A stretch of DNA of 60,332 nt from Candidatus Poseidoniaceae archaeon. Its GTDB lineage: Archaea; Thermoplasmatota; Poseidoniia; Poseidoniales; Poseidoniaceae. Made by a program: the position numbers and the translations under genes. The DNA is taken from NCBI GenBank assembly GCA_049606035.1, contig JBMYVD010000006.1, positions 1 to 60,332 of the forward strand, given 5' to 3'. This document shows positions 29,732-38,833 of this stretch, in pieces (the stretch's first letter is position 1; the number at the start of each line of letters is the position of its first letter). The notes beneath the pieces were generated by a model that saw only the letters and a list, made by a program, of their open reading frames with translations, searched no databases and had not been told where the DNA came from.

Positions 29732-30985
29732 CTATTCCGATCCCAAACGCTTTTCCATCTCAGAATCATAGCATCGTGCTAACATTTCTTTGTTGGTTAA
29801 GGTGATAAGGAGACCACAGAACATTGGAATTGCTAGAATTCCTAGAGTAATTCCCCACGAGCCTGTGTAATCAAATACTGGACCAATTACCATTGGTCCA
29901 ATTATTGTGCCTGCAGCCCATGCTGTACCAAACGCACCGAATGCTAGGCCTGCTCCACCTTTGCCATAGACCTGTGAGGTTGCAGTGTCAACCATGGGCA
30001 GCATGGGCACCTGTGCTGCTGCGATAGCAAACTGGAATATTCCAAGAATCACTATGATACAATAAGCTGCTAGGATTGCATCGCTTATCGAATATGCAAC
30101 ATAACCTGCGGCAAGCATTGCGAAAGTAACGATATACCATCCAAATACCATGTAACGTACGGGTCCATTTTTGTCGACCAAAGCACCCCACATCCATCCA
30201 CCAATGCCCTGTGCTACAACCATGACTAGGAGAACTGCGCCAATCCAAGCAGCATTCAGACCAAGATTGTCCTCTAAGAATAGTGGGATTCCTGCCTCAA
30301 GAGCTCCGGTCGCTAAGGTGGTCATTGTAACCAAAAGTCCTATTCTGAATAAAACAGGGTTCTGAATGAAAACTTTGATCGGTACCGATCCTTGAGCAGG
30401 TTCGCTACCATGTCCTAACTCCTTTGTTGTGACATACACCACTGGAATAATCGCTGCTGTGATGATTGCTAATCCAATGAAAGCGTATTCAGGACCTAAT
30501 GTGTATGCAACACCACCAATTACCGGGCCAAGAAGACCACCAATGGTTGCCATCGCAATTAACTTGCCAGATATTTCTCCAAAATTAGTCGGCCAAATAT
30601 CACTTGCTGCGGCGAATCCAGCGGTTAGAATCGCTGCACCAGATAAGCCGTGAATCAACCTTGCAATCGCTAAGACGATGAAACCGTCAACAATTGTAAT
30701 CTTCATTGCTACCAGATACATCAATGAAGCACCTGTCAAACAAAACAGAGAGACAAGAATAGTTCTGCCCGCTCCCAAACGGTCGGTCAGTCGACCGGTT
30801 TTCGGACCCAGCAAAAATAATGGAACCGCCCAGAGGGAAACCAACGCTGTTGCTTCAGTATTGGAAAGAGCGAATTCTTGTTTCCATGAAGGTAGGATTG
30901 GAACGATGAATGCATAACCCAAGAAATCTACCAAAAATGCGCATGCTAAAGCCCAAAATGCCCAGCGCTTGTCGGATTCCTTCAT
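29732..30985 (-). CDS. MFS transporter
   Basis: About 12 TM; motif A GRLTDRLGAG and GALVDKNG; ARLIHG. Confidence 0.88.
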   Translation of the reverse strand: MKESDKRWAFWALACAFLVDFLGYAFIVPILPSWKQEFALSNTEATALVSLWAVPLFLLGPKTGRLTDRLGAGRTILVSLFCLTGASLMYLVAMKITIVDGFIVLAIARLIHGLSGAAILTAGFAAASDIWPTNFGEISGKLIAMATIGGLLGPVIGGVAYTLGPEYAFIGLAIITAAIIPVVYVTTKELGHGSEPAQGSVPIKVFIQNPVLFRIGLLVTMTTLATGALEAGIPLFLEDNLGLNAAWIGAVLLVMVVAQGIGGWMWGALVDKNGPVRYMVFGWYIVTFAMLAAGYVAYSISDAILAAYCIIVILGIFQFAIAAAQVPMLPMVDTATSQVYGKGGAGLAFGAFGTAWAAGTIIGPMVIGPVFDYTGSWGITLGILAIPMFCGLLITLTNKEMLARCYDSEMEKRLGSE

Positions 30986-32031
30986 TCCTCTTCATCCCCT
31001 TCTGGTAGGGAAGAAATTACATCTCCCAACATTTCGGTTATATCCTCAATTCGAGTCATTAGAGTGAGATCGGTAACATTTCCTGGCCGACCAATATCCC
31101 ACATCAATTCGTGGGCCTGTTCGGCAACTAATCTTGTGAATTTTAGAACTGCAGGGTCGATAACAACTTGGTCACGGTTTGGTAATAGTGCAACCATGTC
31201 CGGCTTCTCGTCCAAGATTCCGTCCATTATGCCTTCAATTTCGTCTGCGATTCCATCAGCTTGGTTCTGTAGAATCTCTTCCATCGAACTACCGCCGGCC
31301 TTCATAGGGGAGGATTTTGAGCCCAAAGTAGCACTTTTCTTACTGGAGGGTAGATTTTGAGGTAGCCCACCTGTTGCATCACCTTGATTGCTGGAGTCAA
31401 GGTCTCCAACTATGCTATTCAGTGCAACTCTGAGGATATTTGACATCAATGAAGGGTCAAGTCCTTCCTCGACTTCGATTCCTTCTTCTCCTAATTGCCC
31501 AAGAATTTCGTTGATGAAATCTACATTGATTTTCTCTGGGGTAACAATACCCTTTAGCATCGGCAATGCCCACTTTCCATCGCTCATTACCATTGAAACA
31601 TCGAATGAGCCACCACCGCCTCCAGCTGCTGCGTTTGAAACGTCTGCAGGCGGAGGGACAAACTGCTTTCTTGAGTGCTTTTCAAGTTGAGCAAGCAGTT
31701 TATTCATGTCAACCGGTTTTGGAATTACTTCGTTGACGCTTGCTCTGGCTGCGGATACGAGATAATCCTGAGATACGTTTCTTGAAAGAATTACTATTCT
31801 GCATTTGAAAGCAAATTCAGGGTCAGACATCAGACGCTGAGATGCATCTATTGCATCTCCAGTTTTCCATTCACCATCAATTAGGACAATTTCAGGCATT
31901 GTCGCTAATGCAGTACCTTCTGCTTGCCTAAGTGTTCCTGCCCTAGTCACATCGTAGCCTGCCCGCTCGAGAGTACCAGCGAGAAGGTTACGCCGGCCTT
32001 CATTCTCGTCGGCTACGATGAGTTTCGGCAC
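30982..32031 (-). CDS. Response regulator receiver-domain protein with unknown acidic C-terminal region
   Basis: LIVADE, IVLID (phosphoacceptor), IVILS and IPKP; SD GAAGGTG before GTG. Confidence 0.75.
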   Translation of the reverse strand: MPKLIVADENEGRRNLLAGTLERAGYDVTRAGTLRQAEGTALATMPEIVLIDGEWKTGDAIDASQRLMSDPEFAFKCRIVILSRNVSQDYLVSAARASVNEVIPKPVDMNKLLAQLEKHSRKQFVPPPADVSNAAAGGGGGSFDVSMVMSDGKWALPMLKGIVTPEKINVDFINEILGQLGEEGIEVEEGLDPSLMSNILRVALNSIVGDLDSSNQGDATGGLPQNLPSSKKSATLGSKSSPMKAGGSSMEEILQNQADGIADEIEGIMDGILDEKPDMVALLPNRDQVVIDPAVLKFTRLVAEQAHELMWDIGRPGNVTDLTLMTRIEDITEMLGDVISSLPEGDEEE

Positions 32032-32083
32032 AAATCACCTTCGTGCCGTTAACCCCTTGAAGGTTGACCCATTAGTTTCTGAT

Positions 32084-33169
32084 TTAGGCGTGAATTATCC
32101 CTTCAGGGTCAACTCCGGACCAACCGATTATTCCATCTGAAAGATTGTACAATTTTGCTCCATCATATCCTGCTTGGATAAGATGCATAATTGCGATTTG
32201 TGACCTCATTCCAGACCTGCAGTGGATCAATATATCGGAATCTTTCGGGACTTTATCCAAAGAATTCGCTACATCGGTGTGAGGACACAAGTATGCAGCC
32301 TTGGAGATTCTAGCCTCGCTGTTTTCTTGTTCTGAGCGAACATCGAAGAATGCTGGACTCCAGCCCTCTTTCATCTTTGCAATCGCTGTGGCAGAGTCAA
32401 TTTGTTGGAACATGTGGTCTGCCTGTGGGGGATTAGACTCTTCAATTTGTTTGTTGGAAATTTCTCCAAATTTCAATATCTTTTGAGAAGAATTCAGTGC
32501 ATCGTAGACGAGTAACTTACCCGACAATACTTCTCCAACTCCTAGAATTATTTTCAATGCCTCGTTTACTTGTAGGCATCCTATAAATCCAGGTAATACG
32601 CCTAGTACTCCTGCCTCAGAACATGATGGAATCAATTCTGGTGGAGGAGCCTCAGGAAATAGGTCTGAGTAAACCGGACCATCTTGATAATTGAACACAG
32701 AGACTTGCCCTTCAAATCTATATACCGAGCCATAGACCCAAGAAATTCCAAGTTTTTTACAAGTATTATCGATAATATATCTGGTCGGAATATTGTCGGT
32801 TCCATCGATAATTATGTCATGGTTTTTGAATAGGTTTTCAGCATTTGATTCATCCAATCTTTCTGTGATCGCATCGACTGAAATTGAGGGATCTAACCTC
32901 TTGACGAACCTCAGTGCAGATTCAGCTTTTAGAATTCCAATCTCTGATGTACCATGAATTACTTGACGTTGCAGGTTCGAAATGTCTACTCTATCGTCAT
33001 CAATGATTGTCAAATGCCCGATACCTGCCGCAGCAAGGTATTGGATTACTGGGCTTCCAAGACCTCCTGCACCAACACATAGCACCCTAGTTTGGGATAT
33101 CTTTGCTTGACCTTCTGCACCGACTTGAGGCAACAATACGTGCCTAGAGTGGCGGTTTAGGTCAACCAC
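32084..33169 (-). CDS. moeB: MoeB/ThiF adenylyltransferase fused to rhodanese
   Basis: VGAGGLG, SNLQRQ, DGTDN and PSCSEAGVLG; C-terminal HCRSGMRS rhodanese loop. Confidence 0.9.
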   Translation of the reverse strand: MVDLNRHSRHVLLPQVGAEGQAKISQTRVLCVGAGGLGSPVIQYLAAAGIGHLTIIDDDRVDISNLQRQVIHGTSEIGILKAESALRFVKRLDPSISVDAITERLDESNAENLFKNHDIIIDGTDNIPTRYIIDNTCKKLGISWVYGSVYRFEGQVSVFNYQDGPVYSDLFPEAPPPELIPSCSEAGVLGVLPGFIGCLQVNEALKIILGVGEVLSGKLLVYDALNSSQKILKFGEISNKQIEESNPPQADHMFQQIDSATAIAKMKEGWSPAFFDVRSEQENSEARISKAAYLCPHTDVANSLDKVPKDSDILIHCRSGMRSQIAIMHLIQAGYDGAKLYNLSDGIIGWSGVDPEGIIHA

Positions 33170-33178
33170 TTAGTCACC

Positions 33179-34111
33179 TCAGTGTACGTTTTCTTCAAGC
33201 CAGCGTTCACAATCAATCGCTGCTTGGCAACCTAATCCAGCTGCTGTTATCGCTTGCTTGTATCTAGTATCAACCACGTCGCCTGCTGCGAAAACTCCTG
33301 GGACGCTAGTCATTGTGTGCTCTTTGTGAATCAAGTATCCTTCTTCATCGGTTTCGAGTTGTCCTTCTAAAAATCCGGTTATTGGAGTGTGACCAATCGC
33401 AATGAATGCACCAGATACTGCGATTTCTTCAGTACTGCCGTCACGAGGGTCTTCTAGAACAGCCCCGGTAAGACCTGAATCATCTGAAAGCCACTTCTTG
33501 ACCTGTCTGAATGTTTTGATCTCAATCTTTTCGTGGTTAGCAGCTCTGTCATACATTACTTGAGATGCTCTAAACACATCTCTACGGTGGACAAGAGTCA
33601 CTTTGGATGCAAATCTTGTCAAGAATGTCGCCTCTTCCATTGCAGAATCTCCACCACCAACAACTAGAATTTCTTCATCTCTGAAGAATGCTCCATCACA
33701 AGTTGCACATGTTGAGATACCTCGGCCCTTTTGCTCTTCTTCACCTTCTGCTCCTAGCCAGATTGATTCCGCGCCTGTTGATACAATGATTGCATGCGTT
33801 AGGAATTCTTCGCCCTCGGTGTAGACTTTGAATGGCCTTACAGAGAGGTCAACCCTTTCCACGTTTCTGTCTTGAACTTCAAGACCGAATCGCTCTGCCT
33901 GTTCCCTCAACTGCATCATCATCTCAGGACCACCAATCCCTTCAGGATAACCTGGGAAGTTTTCAATGTCGCTAGTTAGCATCAACTGACCGCCTGACAT
34001 GTAGCCTGCAAACATCAATGGTTCGAGCATTGCTCTTGATGTGTATAGCCCAGCAGTGTATCCAGCAGGACCACTTCCAATGATAATCACGTTGCGTATC
34101 TCGGCGCTCAT
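33179..34111 (-). CDS. trxB: Thioredoxin-disulfide reductase
   Basis: IGSGPAG, CATCDG, GGGDSAMEEA, HRRD, FAAGD and QAITAAG. Confidence 0.96.
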   Translation of the reverse strand: MSAEIRNVIIIGSGPAGYTAGLYTSRAMLEPLMFAGYMSGGQLMLTSDIENFPGYPEGIGGPEMMMQLREQAERFGLEVQDRNVERVDLSVRPFKVYTEGEEFLTHAIIVSTGAESIWLGAEGEEEQKGRGISTCATCDGAFFRDEEILVVGGGDSAMEEATFLTRFASKVTLVHRRDVFRASQVMYDRAANHEKIEIKTFRQVKKWLSDDSGLTGAVLEDPRDGSTEEIAVSGAFIAIGHTPITGFLEGQLETDEEGYLIHKEHTMTSVPGVFAAGDVVDTRYKQAITAAGLGCQAAIDCERWLEENVH

Positions 34112-34186
34112 GCTTTTCCCCAAGGCGATAACCTCCTTGAACATTTTCTCTCAATTATCATTAACAGGACTCTGTTCCCAAGAAAT

Positions 34187-34729
34187 ATGGACGTATTTTC
34201 TCACTGGCTATGGGGAATGGCACTCACGAGGAAGAAAATTTCGTGGAAGGTGAGTGGACCAATGGGTGTCCTCCCCGATTTATTGGCTTTCATCCCAGCC
34301 TCAATTTACAGGATGGCAAACGGGATACCAAGAACAAGTGTTGACGATGAGACAGTTACATCCGATATGCCCGTAGCGTGGGAAATATACCAGTGGACCC
34401 ACTCCCTAACAATTGTTGCATTCCTGTATGGATGTGCATATTATTTCTTGAAATCTAAAGGCCACGAAAAGCCCGGCTATATGGCATCAATTTTCGTGCT
34501 ACCGTGGTTTTTCCACATTCTAATCGATATCCCCGGCCACACATTGAGGTTCTTTCCAACCCCTGTATTCCACCCGTGGAGTGACCTAATGTTTGATGGC
34601 GTCAGATGGAGTACATGGTGGCTATGGTTCCCACAATTATTCGTACTTCTAGGAATCTGGTGGGTGATTTTGAAGAAAGAAAATCACGTACTGCTAAGAC
34701 CTAGAGCATGGAAGATATTGCAGAAATAG
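34187..34729 (+). CDS. Membrane metal-dependent hydrolase (YdjM-like)
   Basis: MD..SH, LPD, THSL and HILID motifs. Confidence 0.7.
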   Translation: MDVFSHWLWGMALTRKKISWKVSGPMGVLPDLLAFIPASIYRMANGIPRTSVDDETVTSDMPVAWEIYQWTHSLTIVAFLYGCAYYFLKSKGHEKPGYMASIFVLPWFFHILIDIPGHTLRFFPTPVFHPWSDLMFDGVRWSTWWLWFPQLFVLLGIWWVILKKENHVLLRPRAWKILQK

Positions 34730-35105
34730 CTGCTCTTGCATGAGGCTCTAGCCTTGGTCCAATATGTTCTGGTTCTGCACCAGGACCGATTATTCCCAAA
34801 CCGATTGGCTTATTCCATGAGAGTTGTAAATCGATTATTGACTTCAAAACAGCCTGACCCATCGCCAGACCATGTTGTGTTTGTCCCTTCTCAATGATTC
34901 CAAGGCATGCTGCTCCAACCAATGAACCCCCACTTGCGTTAACAATCCTGTTTAGCGCTAGAGGAACCTCCATTGCTCCAGGAACCCAAACTACCTCTGT
35001 GATTGTTAGTCCCTCCTTGTTTGCTTGGTCCTTGGCCAACTCGAGCATCATTTCGATTTCCTTCTTGTGATAACTGCCACACACTACTGCGATATTCTTG
35101 CTCAA
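34701..35105 (-). CDS. ribH: 6,7-dimethyl-8-ribityllumazine synthase
   Basis: VPGAMEVP, LGIIEKGQTQH and KPIGLGIIGPG. Confidence 0.92.
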   Translation of the reverse strand: MSKNIAVVCGSYHKKEIEMMLELAKDQANKEGLTITEVVWVPGAMEVPLALNRIVNASGGSLVGAACLGIIEKGQTQHGLAMGQAVLKSIIDLQLSWNKPIGLGIIGPGAEPEHIGPRLEPHARAAISAISSML

Positions 35106-35707
35106 TTTCTCGCCTCCAATATTCTCTCTACCGTTGTCACAATTGTTTGGGTCATCGAGTCAACTTCAATGTTGACCTTATCCCCGATTTGTTTACCCCC
35201 AATTGTGGTGAGTGCTAATGTTTCTGGAATTAAATGAAGTGAAAATGAGGTTTCGTCGACGTTTCCAATTGTTAATGAAATGCCATCTATCGCAATGTAA
35301 CCCTTTTCTTGGACGAATTTCATAATGTGGCTAGGACAACTGATTCGTAAATCCAAATTTTCCTCTCCTTCGACTCTTTCGGTTATCTCACCCATTCCCA
35401 AAATGTGACCTGAGAGCAAGTGACCTCCCAATTCATCACCCATTCTTAGAGCTCTCTCAAGATTGACTGCACTACCCGAGGATTTGCTGCCCAGCGTGGT
35501 CTTTTGAAGGGTTTCAGGAATAACATCAAATGATATCTTTGGCGAGTTTATGTCAACTACTGTGAGACATGTGCCGTCAATTGAAACCGAAGCTCCTGTT
35601 TCCAAATTGTCTGTTGTAACCGATTTGAAGTCGATGACGATTCTGACAACTTCCTCGCCAGACATTTCGCAGATGGTACCGGTTCCAGCTACAATTCCTG
35701 TGAACAT
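35102..35707 (-). CDS. ribE: Riboflavin synthase, bacterial alpha-chain type
   Basis: N-terminal MFTGIV, two lumazine-binding repeats (SIDGTCLTV, AIDGISLT), GGHLLSGH. Confidence 0.94.
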   Translation of the reverse strand: MFTGIVAGTGTICEMSGEEVVRIVIDFKSVTTDNLETGASVSIDGTCLTVVDINSPKISFDVIPETLQKTTLGSKSSGSAVNLERALRMGDELGGHLLSGHILGMGEITERVEGEENLDLRISCPSHIMKFVQEKGYIAIDGISLTIGNVDETSFSLHLIPETLALTTIGGKQIGDKVNIEVDSMTQTIVTTVERILEARN

Positions 35708-35719
35708 ATTTCCACCAAC

Positions 35720-36160
35720 TCATTCTTTTCTTGAAGAGGATAATTCCAAAATTCTCGCTATGATTTTTCTCGTACCGTCTAAATCATCACTAAGGCCTTC
35801 AACTCTTACGACTTTGATGTGGCCTAGTCCTCTATCGGTTAATGACGCTCTAATCCTCTCCTCGGCATGTTCCTGGTCATAGCCCAAGGCAATAATATCT
35901 GGTTTCACCGCAGGAAGAATATCAAAAATCGGTACGTTAGGAGGATTTCCTATTACCGCTTCATCAACGGGTTTCAATCCCTCAACCATTCTCCTGCGCA
36001 GATCTTGGCCCGTAACGGGTTCATGTTTGCGCTTACGAACAGTATCATCATGAGCAACGACAACGGTCAAGTGGTCGCCAAGTGATTTTGCCTGCTCCAT
36101 GTAGTGCAGATGACCTGCATGTAGCAAATCAAAAACTCCTACTGCCATTACACGAGTCAT
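35720..36160 (-). CDS. ribL: Archaeal FAD synthase (cytidylyltransferase family)
   Basis: GVFDLLHAGH and PDIIALGYDQ; inside the rib operon. Confidence 0.85.
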   Translation of the reverse strand: MTRVMAVGVFDLLHAGHLHYMEQAKSLGDHLTVVVAHDDTVRKRKHEPVTGQDLRRRMVEGLKPVDEAVIGNPPNVPIFDILPAVKPDIIALGYDQEHAEERIRASLTDRGLGHIKVVRVEGLSDDLDGTRKIIARILELSSSRKE

Positions 36161-36192
36161 GTCACTTACTCCAGTAGTTGGGGTATGTAGTC

Positions 36193-36915
36193 TCACAGGC
36201 CTAACGCTTTAATGAGTTCCTCTCCGGTCAAAAACGGGATTCCTCTCTCATCTGCCCAAACTCTTGCATCATCAACTGGAAGAGCCAAATCACCGTCTGG
36301 TTGAAGCATTTCTGCTCCAATAACTACAGGAGTCATCCCGGAAAGTCTAGCCAATCCTACTGCTAACTCTGTGTGACCTTGACGGCGCGTAAGCCCTCCT
36401 TCTGCCTCCCTGCAAACCGGTATGTGGCCCGGCGTTCTGAACTCCTTTCCTAGTAGTTCAAGCGCATTATCGTCTTCTTTCAGTTCTGAGTATAACTCTG
36501 CAAACCGACGAGTTGTCAATGCACGGTCTCTATCGGTAATTCCTGTGAATGTTTCACGATGATTCAATGATAATGTGAACGCTGACCTAGTATCATATTG
36601 CAGGTCATCAGTTTGCAATTCTCTCAGGACTGGATGGTCAGACATCAGTCTCTCATCCATGTGTAAGTCTTGGAGATAAGGCAGGGAAAACCTCTCTCCG
36701 ACTTCATGACCAATTGCGAGGAAAAGTAAGCCTCCGCAATCAAATCTCAATTGCCTCATCGTTGCAGGCTCAGCAAACTGACCTGGGAAGAGTAAGTCGG
36801 TCTCTCCTTCCCTGTTTTCAGCATCAAATAAACAGACGGGATTACCGTTGCGGAAGGCCTCTATGGCCGCCTCAACATGTTGCTCCATATCCATACCGGC
36901 TGGGTTCATACACAT
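36193..36915 (-). CDS. ribB: 3,4-dihydroxy-2-butanone-4-phosphate synthase
   Basis: DAENREGETD, SAFTLS, TGITDRDRALT, FRTPGH and RQGHTE. Confidence 0.93.
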   Translation of the reverse strand: MCMNPAGMDMEQHVEAAIEAFRNGNPVCLFDAENREGETDLLFPGQFAEPATMRQLRFDCGGLLFLAIGHEVGERFSLPYLQDLHMDERLMSDHPVLRELQTDDLQYDTRSAFTLSLNHRETFTGITDRDRALTTRRFAELYSELKEDDNALELLGKEFRTPGHIPVCREAEGGLTRRQGHTELAVGLARLSGMTPVVIGAEMLQPDGDLALPVDDARVWADERGIPFLTGEELIKALGL

Positions 36916-37012
36916 GAAACCAATCCCTCGCTAATTAACCCGAGTTTTTCCCTTCTCACGGAAAGGGGTTAACATAGGGCAGCCCTTCGGCCTGTTCTGC
37001 GGGGAGTGGGTT

Positions 37013-38161
37013 ATGCCAGTAAAATTGGGTCCAGCGGGAGTTCCACTATCATGTAAAGGCCGTACAATTGTGGAGGGAATGGACGATATCATCTCTCTTG
37101 GCCTTGAGACTATGGAAGTGCAAACTGTAAGAATGGTAGCGCCTCAACACTTCGAACAGTACTGGCAAGCTGGAGTCCTAGCGAACAAGGCCGGGTTCGA
37201 GATGAACATCCACGGCCCATACTACTCTGAACTTCTCGGAGATAGACTCCAAAGAAACCGAAGTTTGGCAAAGGTCGAAGCTGCTCTACAAGCAGCGAAG
37301 ACAATCAATGCTAGGCACATCACTCTTCACGCCGGACATTACGGTGAAACTGGAAGAGGGCAAGCCGCTAACGAACAGGTTGCTTCCGTATTCAAAGGAA
37401 TCGTCCAAAGAATCCATGAGATTTGGAACGATGATGAAGAAGAGTATCCAGTATTTCCATGGTTGAAGGAAGGCACACCGTCAAAGATCGGTGTAGAGAC
37501 TAGCGGACGCCAAGAGTTATGGGGAAGTTTGGAAGAAGTTCTCGAAGTAGTAAACCACGTAGAAGGAACAATCCCGGTACTGAATCTAGCACACATACAC
37601 GCTAGAGGACACGGCAGACTGAGAACATCCGAAGATTATGGTGAATTGTTTGACCAAGTAAGAGAAACAATTGGAACCAAGGAATTCTATTGCCACTTCT
37701 CAGGTGTTGAACACAGAATGGGTAATGCAATGCACTACACACAAATTAAGAAGTCTGATTTGAACTTCGAACCACTTGCTGAATTCATTATCGAAGAAGG
37801 TGCATGGTTGGACATGACACTAATTTCAGATTCTCCACTTCTAGAGCACGATGCTATGTACATGGTACAGAATATCGAAAGAGCTCGCCACAGGCAACTT
37901 GAGAGAAAGGCTCGTGAAGACCGCAGAAAAGCACTCGCAGCACAAGCAAATATCTCTCCAGAGGAAATGGCTGCAAGGGAGGCTGAAATTGCCGCAGCAA
38001 GAGCGAAAGATGCTCTCGCAGCATCACAGATTCCTGAACCAAAGAAGGAAGAAAAGGTCGCTGAAGAACCAAAGAAGGCTCCAGCAAAGAAGGCAGAGCC
38101 AAAGGAAGATACAAATGATGACCTATTCGCAATTGAAGAGGATGATGACGACCTATTCTGA
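37013..38161 (+). CDS. Endonuclease IV-like (AP endonuclease 2) TIM-barrel protein with charged C-terminal tail
   Basis: LGPAGVP, HGPYY, LHAG, ETSG, HIHAR, HFSG and SPLLE. Confidence 0.82.
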   Translation: MPVKLGPAGVPLSCKGRTIVEGMDDIISLGLETMEVQTVRMVAPQHFEQYWQAGVLANKAGFEMNIHGPYYSELLGDRLQRNRSLAKVEAALQAAKTINARHITLHAGHYGETGRGQAANEQVASVFKGIVQRIHEIWNDDEEEYPVFPWLKEGTPSKIGVETSGRQELWGSLEEVLEVVNHVEGTIPVLNLAHIHARGHGRLRTSEDYGELFDQVRETIGTKEFYCHFSGVEHRMGNAMHYTQIKKSDLNFEPLAEFIIEEGAWLDMTLISDSPLLEHDAMYMVQNIERARHRQLERKAREDRRKALAAQANISPEEMAAREAEIAAARAKDALAASQIPEPKKEEKVAEEPKKAPAKKAEPKEDTNDDLFAIEEDDDDLF

Positions 38162-38176
38162 TTAAGAGTCGATCAC

Positions 38177-38740
38177 ATGCCTTTACCAATTCTCTACTCG
38201 TTTAGACGCTGCCCATATGCAATGCGTGCTAGAATGGCAATAGTCAGAACCGATTTCCAAGTCGAACACCGTGAGGTCATCCTGCGAGACCGGCCTGCAC
38301 ACATGATGGAAATATCTCCAAAGGGTACAGTACCCGTATTACTACTTCCAGATGGCACAGTAATCGAAGAGAGCTTAGAAATTATGGAATATGTTCAGTC
38401 TTGGGAGTTATCTCCTGTTGAGAGAGAATGGGTTAACAGAAATGATGAGGAATTCAAATTCCATCTTGACCGCTACAAGTATCCAAATCGCTACGATGAT
38501 GTTGACCATATTGAGCATCGTGAAGCTGCATCCAAATTTATCCAAGATTTGAATGAAGAAATCCCCGAAGGTAACCTCAGCGACGCAATATTCCCATTTA
38601 TCAGACAATTTGCAAACCATGACCGAGAATGGTTTGACTCTCAGAATTGGGATAATGTACACTCGTGGCTTGAAGGAAATCTATCCAGTGATGAATTCAA
38701 GGTATGTATGACCAAATACCCGCAATGGATACAAGAATGA
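38177..38740 (+). CDS. Glutathione S-transferase family protein
   Basis: LYSFRRCPYAMRAR, SPKGTVPVL, ESLEIM, FKFHLDRYKY and IFPFIRQF. Confidence 0.9.
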   Translation: MPLPILYSFRRCPYAMRARMAIVRTDFQVEHREVILRDRPAHMMEISPKGTVPVLLLPDGTVIEESLEIMEYVQSWELSPVEREWVNRNDEEFKFHLDRYKYPNRYDDVDHIEHREAASKFIQDLNEEIPEGNLSDAIFPFIRQFANHDREWFDSQNWDNVHSWLEGNLSSDEFKVCMTKYPQWIQE

Positions 38741-38833
38741 TTGTGTGAAGTTATTGCATTCATCCAAAAATACGCATTTTTTCGAAAGTTCGAGCGAAAC
38801 CCCCTAAAGGGAATTGACTAGCCACATCTCTCT

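Noticed and set aside
36916-37012. FMN riboswitch upstream of the rib operon
   Set aside because: The region is under 100 bp, is shared with a divergent promoter, and lacks RFN consensus
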